Assembly (NCBI GenBank): GCA_040285855.1
Contig: JAUFOQ010000003.1
Coordinates: 1,922,001-1,986,000, forward strand
DNA length: 64,000 nucleotides
Origin: Eukaryota sp. GEM-RC1
Lineage: Eukaryota
Reading direction: 5' to 3'
This document shows, piece after piece, positions 11,809 to 23,211 of this stretch. The first letter of the stretch is position 1. Each line of letters begins with the position of its first letter. The notes beneath the pieces are model-generated. The model was not told the DNA's origin, searched no databases, and saw only the letters and a list, made by a program, of their open reading frames with translations. A program made the position numbers and the translations under genes.

Positions 11809-12588
11809 ATGCTTGCTATTGTACTTCTTATATTGATCATTTTGACTGTTTGTACTCATGCTAAGAACCATGTTGTTCTAATATCAACCTCTCGCAATTG
11901 GGTTAATTATCGTCACTCAGAAAATGTACATAGATTCTATACACTTCTCCATCACTCTAAGTCTCATGAGAATCAAATCATTACTTTTCTTGCTCATGAG
12001 TATCAACTAGACCCTAGAAATAGCCGTTCCAAGAAAGCATTATTCTCTGATCTTGTTCCAACTTTCTCTCAGCTTGATGTCTCCATTAACACCATAGAAT
12101 CAGTACTCACTCAACAATCTCACCTAATTTCTCCAGTTCTCACCTCAACTAACAACTCGAACGTCCTCTTGTACATCACAGGTCACGGAGCTACCAATCA
12201 CCTGAAGATCCACAATCAAGCACTTCTATCGTCACACAAGTTGTATAATATTGTATCTAGAATGAAGTTTGGCAAGCTATTAATCGTTTTAGATACATGT
12301 GCTGGTGCTTCAATGTTTTTGGCGTTTCCCTCTTCTCTTTCCAATGTTGTTGCTATCTCATCTAGTGACTATGAAGAAGATTCATACAGCACAGACTTTG
12401 ATCTCAAACTGGGAGTGTTTACTGTGGATAGATTTACGAAAGGTTTGGTTGATGTGTTGTCAAGGAATCGCTATTCATCAGTTTTTGATCTAGGAAGAGT
12501 CTTAACCAAGACTAAAATTGGTTCTACAGTTACAATTAATAGGTTTAGTGTTGAAGGTGACTGGATCTGGTCAGACTTTATTGGCTAA
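11809..12588 (+). CDS. GPI8: GPI-anchor transamidase catalytic subunit (peptidase C13)
   Basis: Signal peptide, NHVVLISTSRNWVNYRH, catalytic YITGHG (His) and LDTC (Cys), EDSYS...LGVFTVDRFT. Confidence 0.88.
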   Translation: MLAIVLLILIILTVCTHAKNHVVLISTSRNWVNYRHSENVHRFYTLLHHSKSHENQIITFLAHEYQLDPRNSRSKKALFSDLVPTFSQLDVSINTIESVLTQQSHLISPVLTSTNNSNVLLYITGHGATNHLKIHNQALLSSHKLYNIVSRMKFGKLLIVLDTCAGASMFLAFPSSLSNVVAISSSDYEEDSYSTDFDLKLGVFTVDRFTKGLVDVLSRNRYSSVFDLGRVLTKTKIGSTVTINRFSVEGDWIWSDFIG

Positions 12589-12747
12589 ATGTCCTCGTGT
12601 ACTGTTATGTTGAACTACTTCCAATATCATTGAGTTGTGCATTGTATATGAAATCCACTGAGTTTACCAACCTTATTACTAAGTTTCTACTAACCTTTCT
12701 GTTTTTTGTTTTAATGATGCGGACTCTTTTTTCTCTACATTTGCTTA

Positions 12748-13540
12748 ATGTCAGAGTCGCCACACAGAGATTCAACACAATCGCCACCTCATCAACCTAC
12801 ACCCCCATACCTACACCCCGGCGGAGACCATCTTGTTTATTGTTTTTCAGAATAGTTGCTTATATTTTACTTGTTTCTGGATTAACTTTGTTAATGATAT
12901 TTGTTCCTATTGCTGAATATGTCAAAATACTTCAAAAATTTGCAGACAAAAGACCAATTCTAGGTGCAGTTCTATTAATGTGTTCTCACGCTCTTGCTGC
13001 TCTTCTATGTCTTCCGACAATGCCTTTTTACTTGGCTTTAGGTCTTTTGTATGGAATTCCACTAGGTATACTGTTTACTTGTTCATCGTATACTGTTGGA
13101 GCATCTCTTAATTTTATAATGGGACAATATTTAATTCGTCCAAAGTTAGCAGAAGTATTGGCTGCAAAACCTCGCTATAGACAATTTTCACTGGCTTTTG
13201 AAACTGAAGGTTTTTGGCTGGCTCTTTTACTTCGGGCTGTTAGCGTGTTTCCCTGGAACGCGTTGAATATCTGCCTTTCTACCACTCATTTGATTCTATG
13301 GAAGTTTTCTCTTTCCACTTTTTTTGGAATAATCCCAGCTATGAGTATTTGGGTCACGCTGGGTGCTACCAGTGTTAATATCTTGGATCCAAATGCTAGT
13401 AAGACTAGTCTTTACTTCATTATTGGTATTTTTATTGTGTTTTCTATATTGTGTGCTATTATTTCAAGAAAAATTAAAAGATCCTCACAGTCACTGCTGA
13501 GAACAATGAGGCCAATCACACAGCGTCTGTTCAACTTTAA
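12748..13540 (+). CDS. VTT/DedA (SNARE-associated Golgi, TVP38/TMEM64-like) membrane protein; probable true start and stop lie in neighbouring frames because of indels near 12805 and 13478
   Basis: LCLPTMPFYLALGLLYG, GASLNFIMGQYL, LLLRAVSVFPWNALN and STFFGIIP are VTT family motifs; several TM segments. Confidence 0.8.
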
Positions 13541-13720
13541 ATATTTAATTATTTTGAATTTAGTGTAGCTACGGACTGTAATTTAATGAGTAAAATCTTG
13601 TATCTAAAGATACAATAGATGTCGAAACATGTAGATTCAAATATCTAAAATTATTCTAGTTATTGAATTGAAATAAATACACAATATACAAAAAAACTAA
13701 TAAAATTACACGAACAAATA

Positions 13721-15707
13721 CTATTCAACTTCATAAAATTGATTACTTGAAGGATCGAAATACATCTTACTTAAAGGACCTAGATCGTCATAAATGTTAC
13801 TTTCCCTAGTGACGTCATCAAGGTCAAAAATCAAATCGTGATTGTGGTTTGGGAGACAATTGAGTCGGCAGCGGCGGAGAGAATGGTTTGGGTGATTGTG
13901 GCTCAAACGTATGTACAACAAATTCATCATCATTGGTCACGTGACTTCCTTGACTTTGACTGACTTCTTCCTGACTTTGATTGATTTCTTGTTCTTCTTC
14001 AATGTGCAAGGCATCAGGACTAGGTGATCGTTGACCAGCTTTAAGACTGTTTTCCAACAAATCACGTTCTTCTTGATTGAGCTCAATTAACTCTTTTAAA
14101 GACGCGTCATGACCGTCACCTTCAACATCTGATTCGACTCTTTCACTTGACAATTCTTCTTCTTCTTTTTCTTGAACCTCTTCCACTGATTCTTCTTCTT
14201 CACTTTCAGATTCCTCTTCTTCAACACCTTGGTCACTCTCATCAACGCTTTCTTCACTTACGTCATCTTGATGAGAACTTTCCTCTTCTGAAACTGACTG
14301 AACCTCTCCTCCTTCACTTTCAGATTCCTCTTCTTCAATAACTTTCTCAGCTACTGGATGGATCATCCCTGGTACTTGATTAACTCCACTAGCATAAAAC
14401 CTACTGCTGAGTTCTAATAAAGAAATGTTTTCTTGGTCATTGCACCAGTCATCTAAATCAGATATACTTGAACTGCCAAAGGAAAGAGAAACTGAAGACT
14501 GGAGATCGTCAGGTGCGTCATCAATGGAAACATTGGTGTCTGATTGGTACCTGCTGACGTCAGCAGTAATTGTGATTGGTTCTGGCGATTTAGAAACGCT
14601 TTCCATTGAAGAAGTAACGTTGGATTGATAGTCAACAGAAGGAGCTCTTTCAAAATTTGATTGAACTTTTCTTGGTTGAGCTCTCGTATCAACATTTGAT
14701 TGATTCTTACTACTAATCGACTGAACTTTTCCCGATTGCGCTCTCCTATCAAAAGTCGCTGGATTTCTAACTGTATTTGATGATACCTTCCCTGATTGAG
14801 CTCTTCTCTCACCTTGAATTTGTCCAGTCTTTTGTCTACTTACTTTCTTCTCAACTACCAGATCCTTTCTTTCAACTGCTTCAATCCTGGTTCCAAAGGC
14901 AATATGAATGTTGCTCTGACTAGGCTGAGACTTAAGATCAGGACTCTTGCACTTCTGTTGATGATTACCCAGTGGAGTGGAACAAACTCTTGGTTTGTCT
15001 TGCTGTTGGATTGGATGAGTTCGAGTTCTGTAGGAGTGTTGAGGAAGGTCTATGGAGATGTCTGGTGAGACTGGATCAAAGTTGTGAGTAGAAAAGATAA
15101 CGAAAGGTAGGTGGGACAGGTCATTGGGGAAAGAAGGAGACGAAGGCCATGAAGAAGGGGAATTAGGTATCTGAGGAGCAAAACGGAGGGAATAACAACA
15201 ACGTAGACGGCAGGTTGATCTAAGAGAGATTGATGAGAGATGAGCAAATGACTGTGAAAATGATGATTCACAAAGGTTTTCCAAGTCTAGAAACAAAGTG
15301 AAGTATGAGGAGCTGTTGAGTATCTCTTTGACTGAGATTGAGCGGTCAGGTGAATGAGCTAGATCTCCAGGAAAGGGTAAACGGCAGTGAAGAGGAGTGA
15401 ATGACGGTTTGGAGACAACAGTAGACATAATAATGCGTCTCTTGGCTCCACTTACATCAGTAAGCATAAGTTCTAGAGAAAAGGGAGCTGTATCGCATAC
15501 AGAAATGATGAAAGCTAGGAATCGTTCAGGAAGTGTGACTGGTTTCTTAGCTTTAGGATATGTAAGAGACGAGTTTGAAGACTTGTCTAGAGAGAAAATG
15601 TAGCCTTTTGCAGTACTATCAAAAACCCTTCGTACTTTTGATGAATCAAGGTTTGCAAGTGGTGCACTTCCAGAAGCAGAAAACAGTTGCTGGACACCAA
15701 GAGTCAT
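13721..15707 (-). CDS. CFAP20DC: CFAP20-domain (DUF667) protein, CFAP20DC/C3orf67-like; indel near 13828
   Basis: N-terminal VRRVFDSTAKGYIF, PFSLELMLTDVSGAKRRI, TPLHCRLP and STCRLR. Long acidic low-complexity middle, then C-terminal YFDPSSNQFYEV. Confidence 0.75.
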
Positions 15708-15775
15708 TTTGAAGTCTGAAAGTGTAACTGAAGATTGTCGTAATGATCACCCAAAAATTTCAGTTTCTTCTCTTG

Positions 15776-17751
15776 ATGACCGCTCTCTCTGAAGTCCCTT
15801 TCTATTATTTAAATGGGGAACTAATATGTGTTCCACATCCCCATTCATTATCCTATTTTTCGCAACTGTGTCATCAACTCTTCTTGAAGTCCGTCCCCTT
15901 TGATTCCCCCTGGTTACATGTTTACATATCCAATCAGTAACCAGAACCTCAGACTCCTATCACCCCACCCTTTCTCTCTGATCCATCTCGCCCTTGCCAA
16001 TTGTTCCGATCACCAAGTTCTAATCCCTCTCACCGGTGACCACACTGACTTATCCTCCATTACTTTCTTCGCAATGTTACGCCACCTTTTCTCCCTTCGT
16101 CCACCATCCGCATCTTACACTTCTGTTCTGTACCTCCTCCACAGCTTGTCTTACTCCCTTGTTTACGGCTTCTTTGGCTCTCTTTCAGTTGAGTTTAACG
16201 TCTCCACGGTTTCTTCCCTTGAATCTATATCTTACGAAAACCCTGTTTTTCACTTACCTAACTCATCAGTTATAAAGTCTCTTGAGTTCTTTAGCTGTTT
16301 GTTCTCTCTTGAATGGCGTCATTTCAAAGTACTGGGATTAGAAATTGATAAGGATTTTTTAAATATTGTGAAATCTTCTAAGAGCTTGAATTTGAGTTTT
16401 GAAAAGGGAAATATGTTCTTGGAACACTTACTGTCTCTGCTTGATGATTTTTCTTCTTCTTTAAGAGCGCAATTTTTAATATTTCTGAAGTCAATGATCG
16501 CTCTTTTTGCAGTTAACGTCCTCCCATCAAAATATTTGTTAAAATCTTCTAATGTTTTAAATTTTTTGAGTGATGGGCTGTTTCAAACTGCCTCAAAGCA
16601 TTGGTCGATAGTCAATCGAATTACCAATCAATTGAGCCAAAAAGTTCAACATTTTCTAAAATTGTTGCTTTCTCAATATAAGACAGCAGATTCTTCTAAT
16701 GTTGTTTTCACCTTGTCTCCACGTTCTTCTGAATATTTCCCCAATGTTTTTAAAATATTTCAGGATAATTCTGTTGCTGATCGTGTTGTCGATGTTTCTC
16801 GCAAACTACACAATACAAGTTTCTCTCACAAAAATTTCAATTTCTTATTGAATTCAAAAACTGACACATTTGACGTTGTCGAATTTCTTCAACAAGTATC
16901 TGAAATTTGTAAAAGTGACTTATTGCTTCTTGATCATTTTCTAATTGATCGAGATTATGCTGATTACATGTTAAAGTTTATCTCCGAACAAACTAAAATT
17001 GTTGAATTATTTGAAACACGTCGTCTTCCCTTCTGATCCAGTGTTTGTTCAATCAATTCTTCAAGTGGTTTTACCATGTATTGATGCTGAGTTTTCAAAA
17101 TTTCAGGTAAATTCTAGTGTGGACGATCAAAATTTTACCAAGGTGTTTCCATTGAGTTTTTGTAATTTTACCACTCAACTTCCCTTAGTTTTCAACAGTG
17201 TTAATCATTTGAAGCTGAATTCTGTAGAATTCTCTGAGAAGGTTGATTTGTCGTTTTGTCCTGCAGCTGTTTTTGACGATTTCAGACATCGTTCTTTAAA
17301 ATTGATAGGACAATCATCTTTGATTTTCGATGTTGACTGTCCGTTTTCTGATGATGACGTTATTTGGATCTCGGTAGAAGATTTCATTTCCAGTAATCCA
17401 GGACTCTTCTCTCATTTAAACCCAACTCTTGTTATGCGTGCCAAATTATTTAAATTTTCTCTACCAGTGTTACTCAAGAATGCTCTGTCTCACCATCGAC
17501 TTTCACCTAAATATTTGTTAATTTCTAGATATTATGTGATTATTCACAAGGCCGATTATGCTTTTATTTCTGAATTATCCAAGAAAATTCAAATGGTTTA
17601 TGATCATGTTCCAACTACTGATGACGACAACAATCTCGAAATTTTTAAAACTTCTAACAATCATTCAATGTCTCTAGCTCTGACTCCAAAAAGACTATTA
17701 CCTCAAAATTCTCCTACACCAACTTTAGACAAATATCGTAAGCCAATGTAG
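15776..17751 (+). CDS. Hypothetical protein (~650 aa), split in three ORFs
   Basis: Overlapping ORFs 15743..15940, 15900..17036 and 16999..17751 with coding-like composition; no family recognised. Confidence 0.55.
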
Positions 17752-17789
17752 TTGATTTGAAACAAAACAAGTATTGTATTGGTAGAAAA

Positions 17790-19685
17790 TTAAGTCAGTG
17801 AACATTCCAAAAATTTAAAATCTTCCACAACTTTTAAATTCATTTTGTTCCAAAATTGAAACCATGTATTTTTAAAATATCTTTTGTGCAATGGTATCAA
17901 CCATGGCAATATTTCTGTATTATAATATAGTGTATACATTTTTTCAAAATTTAAAAATCTTTGTCCTTGCCCACACCATAATCTCTTCCCGCACCCATCG
18001 TAACTTATAGGTAAACGAATAAGAGATAAATGCATGTAATGGTCAATCAAAGCGGCAAAGCAGTCATCATGATGAAAGAAGTTTGGATTGTGGATGGAGG
18101 GAAAAATTAAAGATGAGAAATTTGAAATTTGTTCGAGTAGAACATTTCGAATGTTTAAATCTGGAGATAATACCAATAGTGAAGATGAAACCCTATTGTG
18201 ATTGGGATCGTTTTTGGTGATTGCCCCGTAATCAATCGTCATGAATAAATGATCTAAATTCTGTAGAACAATAGTTTTAGGATCGATTACGACAACTCTG
18301 ATAAATTGAACTAATTTGAATATTTCCAGCAAATTGAAAGAAGAATCATGACATAGTTTACAATCAATGATTGGAGGATCGACTTTAATAGAGCTAACGC
18401 CAAGACAAGCAAGCATTTGTACATACTTGTTAGTAACAATGTTTGTATCTGCGTAAACAATTGAGATTGGAAAGGAAGTGTTCGTCCGTTGAATTGAATA
18501 TATCAAAGGAATGACGTTTTGTATAACTTTGGAGTCAAAAACGGGGATTATATAGCTCATTTTGCTAGAATCAAATCCATCTGGGATGTGTCCTGTCGTT
18601 GACGAGAATTTCCAATCAAAATTGATTGAACAATCAGACGTTATGGATTCCATGCTATCGTATGTCGTTCTTTGTAATGGTACTCGCAGAAAATTTAACT
18701 TTTCAAAAACTGAAAAAACAGCCGATGGCCAACGTCGTCCATCCACTGAAGACTTTTGAAGAAGTCTTGTGTTGTAAACGTCATGCCAAACTTGATTCAC
18801 ATGATTGTATCGTAGTAAAGTTATGGGCAATAGAATTAAAATCGCCAGAATAATTAACTTGAAGTGATTAGTGTTGATTTTCTTAATTTCTATAGTGGAC
18901 AAGCTTTCCACTGACTTTGAGCGTTTAATGACGAGAAACGTTGAGAAACCAAATGCAGACAAAGCGGAAAAAGCCAGTAGAGATGGTTTTGTAACAAATG
19001 TTACAATAAACATGTATAACAATCCAAGAAGTGAATATTTTGAAATAATCTGATTTCGTAATAAAGTAGACTTCACAAGGCGTAAAACAAAAGAGCATAT
19101 TATAAACATTGAAAACACAAAGAAGGGGTCTTCCAAAGGCTCCTTTGCCCAAGCAGAGCGATCAACGAAGAAGAAGCATATGAGAGAAAGGAGAAAGGAG
19201 AACAAAGGGGAGGAGTTGGTGTAAGAAAAGAAAGGAAATGGTTGGATAGAAATCGAAAATTTAAAAAATGCAAAAATATCAGCAAACACATGAACTGCAA
19301 AGAGACAAAGACCAAGAGCAAGAGAAGTAGACCAACACTGAATGAGAGTAATACAAGTCAAAAGCAAAGAGGACACAGCAGTAGTAGAGAATACAGGATC
19401 AAAAGAGGGCGAGGCACGACAGTAGAACAGGTGTAAGATCAGAGAAACAGACAGTATAAATTGCAATGGCAGGAGAATTAGAGAACTCAGGAATGTGTAC
19501 AGTGAGATCATTTCGCAGAGTGAGCAAACCAATGTACTACGAGAAACAGTTAGTTTGGAGTTGAGTGAGTCAAAGGTGAAGAAAACCATCATTAAAAGAG
19601 ATGGAACAGGCCAAAGATGGAGGATCCACTGAAGAATGAAGATAGTTGAACCGATGAGGGTCTGGACAGCAAGATCTTTGAGCAT
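17790..19685 (-). CDS. Multi-TM protein with a C-terminal glycosyltransferase family 8 (glycogenin-like) domain and degenerate DxD
   Basis: About 9 hydrophobic segments, then LLEIFKLVQFIRVVVIDPKTIVLQNLDHLF, LLVLSPD, RLPISYD and LPW, resembling GT8 blocks. Confidence 0.65.
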   Translation of the reverse strand: MLKDLAVQTLIGSTIFILQWILHLWPVPSLLMMVFFTFDSLNSKLTVSRSTLVCSLCEMISLYTFLSSLILLPLQFILSVSLILHLFYCRASPSFDPVFSTTAVSSLLLTCITLIQCWSTSLALGLCLFAVHVFADIFAFFKFSISIQPFPFFSYTNSSPLFSFLLSLICFFFVDRSAWAKEPLEDPFFVFSMFIICSFVLRLVKSTLLRNQIISKYSLLGLLYMFIVTFVTKPSLLAFSALSAFGFSTFLVIKRSKSVESLSTIEIKKINTNHFKLIILAILILLPITLLRYNHVNQVWHDVYNTRLLQKSSVDGRRWPSAVFSVFEKLNFLRVPLQRTTYDSMESITSDCSINFDWKFSSTTGHIPDGFDSSKMSYIIPVFDSKVIQNVIPLIYSIQRTNTSFPISIVYADTNIVTNKYVQMLACLGVSSIKVDPPIIDCKLCHDSSFNLLEIFKLVQFIRVVVIDPKTIVLQNLDHLFMTIDYGAITKNDPNHNRVSSSLLVLSPDLNIRNVLLEQISNFSSLIFPSIHNPNFFHHDDCFAALIDHYMHLSLIRLPISYDGCGKRLWCGQGQRFLNFEKMYTLYYNTEILPWLIPLHKRYFKNTWFQFWNKMNLKVVEDFKFLECSLT

Positions 19686-20614
19686 TTCAGATATAAAGAG
19701 AACACTTAACTGGGTTCAAGAAGACGTATTGTAGAGATATCTTCAATTATTTTGATGCTGAAAATCATGATGTGGATGGTGATTCTCAATGCCCTCGGTC
19801 ACACGTAGAAGAGTAGTACATCATACATCAAAGTTTGATGATCAAACCAAAAATTCAATTTGGAAATCTAACTAGAAGTCTAGGTCGGTTTTAAAATTCG
19901 CCCTGACACTCTGACGAGCCTATTCATCTAGAATTTACTGTAATAATGATTCAGTTCCATAAGTGAAAAAACGATATATGTATATTTCGTTTTTTGGATT
20001 CTTTGTTACATAACGAAACACTAGAACGTATAGTCTAGAAGAAGAAACACACGCAACAAATAAACAACAAATAATTAAAGACTATCAAAACAAACTATCT
20101 AACGAACTACCTAATTCCGAAAAGTAGTGACTACCAAACAACTTGGCCAAAATGAAATCAACACATTTATATATTGATATAAAAATGGAGAAAAAAAATT
20201 ACGCTCTTTCATTACGACCTGCTAAGATTTTACCCATCTATTCAAATTAGGAACTCCTAAGTAGTAGAAGAAGAACCAAAATTTTTATATAAAGATACCA
20301 CACAATAATGTTGTGTCTGCATGAGTTATTTACTAGATGGTTTACACTAAAACAAACACTGTTAGGTATCCACCATGATGATGTCATCAAAATGAATCTT
20401 TCTATTTTTTTATGAAAATTTCAATGGTTACTAAAGAAGAGTTTTAGAAGTTATTTCAAAAACTGTGTTCAAAATTTGGTAATAAGTTTAACAAGGTCTT
20501 GTAGGACCGAACTTTTAACTTTTGGCCTTTTAAACGAAAACATAAATAGGTTTATTTTCTTTTTGGTCAATGATAACTACAAATAGTGTAACTGCCCATA
20601 ATATAGGTGTTTTT

Positions 20615-20802
20615 TATGTACAATACTTACTTAGGAATGCTAATCAAATACAATGTAGCAAGTTTCACTTCAACTTGACTTACTCGTAAAATTTGACAGA
20701 ACTCCAACTCGACTCCAACTCGTAGAAAGTGGGACTGAAGTGGACTGAAGTGGAGTTTGGAGTCTTGGAGTAGAACTGGAGTGGGAACTTTGAACATTCT
20801 AC
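20615..20802. repeat. Dispersed MITE-like repeat with CTCCAACTCGA/GGAGT units; homologous to the sequence flanking the hAT at 37163-37220 and 39982-39995
   Basis: TATGTACAATACTTA.TTAGGA.TGCTAA and AGTTTCACT.CAACT.GAC are shared between the two loci; imperfect inverted ends. Confidence 0.6.
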
Positions 20803-20879
20803 TGTACTTTGTGTAGTAAATCAAATTTGTTTCACTTACTGTGTACTACTGTACTTACATTTTCTCCGTTTCTTTTTAC

Positions 20880-22027
20880 ATGCTATTCACAGTCCCTACT
20901 AGTATTTCGAAGCCAAACACTGACTGTCACTCTGTGTATAACTCCTCTATAGAACCTCCTCAAAGTGCAATGAGAATGGATCTAACCTCTGCTCGAAAGT
21001 GGATAAACCAACTAGAAGACAGGGCTGATAAAGCCAATTACGATGAAGACCTAGTTGATGATTCACAGCTCTCTCTTGTCTTCAAACAGTATGCTCCCTG
21101 GTCAATCTGTCCTTTCACTGCTCCTCCACCCTCCCAAGAGTTTCTAGTTGATGATGATTCAGAAGATGATGAGTCGATTTTCATTGGAACTTCCTTTAAT
21201 CATTCCGATGATGAAGATCAGGAAGATGAACCAATGAGAGATGAAGTGGAACCTGTGTCATTTTCTTCTCCTAAAAAGACAAGACCTCAAAAAGAAGAGG
21301 AAAGGAGCGAGCTTTACCCTATTACCAGTAGATTTTGAGGTTATTTATAACAAATATCCAGAAATGACTGTGTTTGAGCGGAATTTCGTTAAAAAGTGTT
21401 CGAAGTTTATTTCTGATCTTCATGATGTTTCTGATTCAAACCCAACTTTTAAAGAATTATTTGAAATTGAAAGCTTTAATGTATTGTCAGAATTCTTTTT
21501 TGATAATTTCTTAGAATCTACCTCGGATGTCACTGATGCTGGAATTGGAAACCATAGCTCAAGCTTTGTCTACTTCTGCAGTTAAAATATGTTCTAAAAT
21601 TGTATGGGTAGCTGAAAATCACGCTGCAAAATCGTTCAAAGTTTTATTTGATGAGATTAAGCAGAAATTGTTGACGGCCAAAAATGAATGTAAAACGGCT
21701 AACGTGTTTGCTAGTCAGCTTTTTGTTTCTAATTTGGGAATAATTCCAGAGTATTGCGAGAACAGAATTGAAATTTTAAATGTTTTTAACAAATTACGAC
21801 GAAAGAAGCAGCTATCTTTTGAGAATGAATTCCATTCAGTAGTTTTGGAATTATTGAATTATTTAAATTTGTCAACTGACAAGGAAACCATAAGTGATAT
21901 GAAAATTAAATGTTTCCAAATGACCATTCAGAACAACGAAGCTGAACCAGATATCAAACGATCCCGAGCTGATTGTGATTGTGAGATATCTGATCTAGAT
22001 GATTATGTGATTGATCTTGATGATTGA
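20880..22027 (+). CDS. Hypothetical protein with two probable 34-nt GT-AG introns (21328..21361 and 21481..21514)
   Basis: Three ORFs in successive +1 frames are joined exactly by GTAGAT...TATAAC...CCAG and GTATTG...GATAAT...TTAG. The start codon (20880 or 20970) is uncertain. Confidence 0.6.
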
Positions 22028-22048
22028 CCTAAGAAACGTGTTAATAAT

Positions 22049-23125
22049 CTAATTCTTGTTATTTTTGTGTCCACTATAACGTTTTCCAGGATGTCTACGT
22101 GGTCTGCTATCGTGATCGTCATTTCGAACACGTCTTGGTCTGCTATCGTGATCTTCACTTGGAACACGTCTTGGTCGACTGCCATGATCTTCACTTGGAA
22201 TTCGTCTGGGTCTGCTATCGTCATTTCGAACACGTCTTGGTCTACTGCCATGACCACCATCACTTCTTGAATCGTGTCTTGAACTCTTGGACTCGTTTTG
22301 ACCTTCATAACGTGGCTTATTTCTATTTGGTTGACGATTGACGGTTGGTTGACGATTTGATTGCTCCCCATTTTGAGCCCCAAACTTCCGTCTAAATAAA
22401 CTCATGTTATACTCCATAGTAGTAGTGCCTTGATTAGGATGTAGACATTCTCTAATACAATGTCCTTTAGATCCACAGCAAGTACAGAACACGTGACGCT
22501 TCCCATCAGACTTACAATCACGTGTAAGATGATCTTGAGTCTTACAGACAGAACAGGAAGGAGTCAAATCAAAGGGACAAATATTAGGAAGGTGTTCACC
22601 ACCACATTTGTAGCAAAAGAAGCTTGAGATACTAGCGGGAGTATAGGTTGCTTTGATTGGACATTCATTGGATAAATGTCCCTTCCTTCCACAAATAAAG
22701 CAGCCAGAAGTAGGGGTGTATGGACAGTCAGCTCGCACGTGACCATAACAGCCGCAACCATTACATTTAACTGACGAATTTCTGTTATCTGAAGAAAAGA
22801 AACGAAATGAAGGAAGTGGAAGTTTGATGGGGACGGCAACCTCTTCTTCTTCTTCAGAGGTAGGTTCGTCTGTTATCAGGTCTTCTGATTCATTCTCTGA
22901 GATGGGTGATGGATCTTCTTGTTCGGAGTCAAAGCTTTCAGAGTCGAGTACATCGAGCTCAGAGGAGGAAGAGCAGTCGTGGGAGTGGGAGTGTTTTTCG
23001 AGAAGGGTAGCCATTGAGTTTAGTTGGACATTGATGAGGATATCATCATCATCTGTGTCTGAAAAAGAAGAGTTTCCGCAATGGAGCTCTCTTTCGTAAG
23101 CTATAAAGTCTTCGTCTTCGGTCAT
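22049..23125 (-). CDS. Air1/Air2/ZCCHC7-like multi zinc-knuckle protein (TRAMP-type)
   Basis: Acidic N-terminus, five CX2CX3-4HX4C knuckles (CNGCGCYGHVRADC to CTCCGSKGHCIREC), R/D-rich repeat tail. Confidence 0.7.
   Translation of the reverse strand: MTEDEDFIAYERELHCGNSSFSDTDDDDILINVQLNSMATLLEKHSHSHDCSSSSELDVLDSESFDSEQEDPSPISENESEDLITDEPTSEEEEEVAVPIKLPLPSFRFFSSDNRNSSVKCNGCGCYGHVRADCPYTPTSGCFICGRKGHLSNECPIKATYTPASISSFFCYKCGGEHLPNICPFDLTPSCSVCKTQDHLTRDCKSDGKRHVFCTCCGSKGHCIRECLHPNQGTTTMEYNMSLFRRKFGAQNGEQSNRQPTVNRQPNRNKPRYEGQNESKSSRHDSRSDGGHGSRPRRVRNDDSRPRRIPSEDHGSRPRRVPSEDHDSRPRRVRNDDHDSRPRRHPGKRYSGHKNNKN
22090..22262 (-). repeat. Coding tandem repeat, 30-36 bp units encoding (D/E)DH(D/G)SRPRR(V/I)
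   Basis: Five to six imperfect copies of ACGTCTTGGTCTGCTATCGT-like units on the + strand. Confidence 0.85.
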
Positions 23126-23211
23126 CAGTCAATGGCCTAAAACGATGACGAAGGATTTATCAAGAACAACTAGAAAAACCGTTTCTGAAAAAGTATTACC
23201 TAACCTGCACA

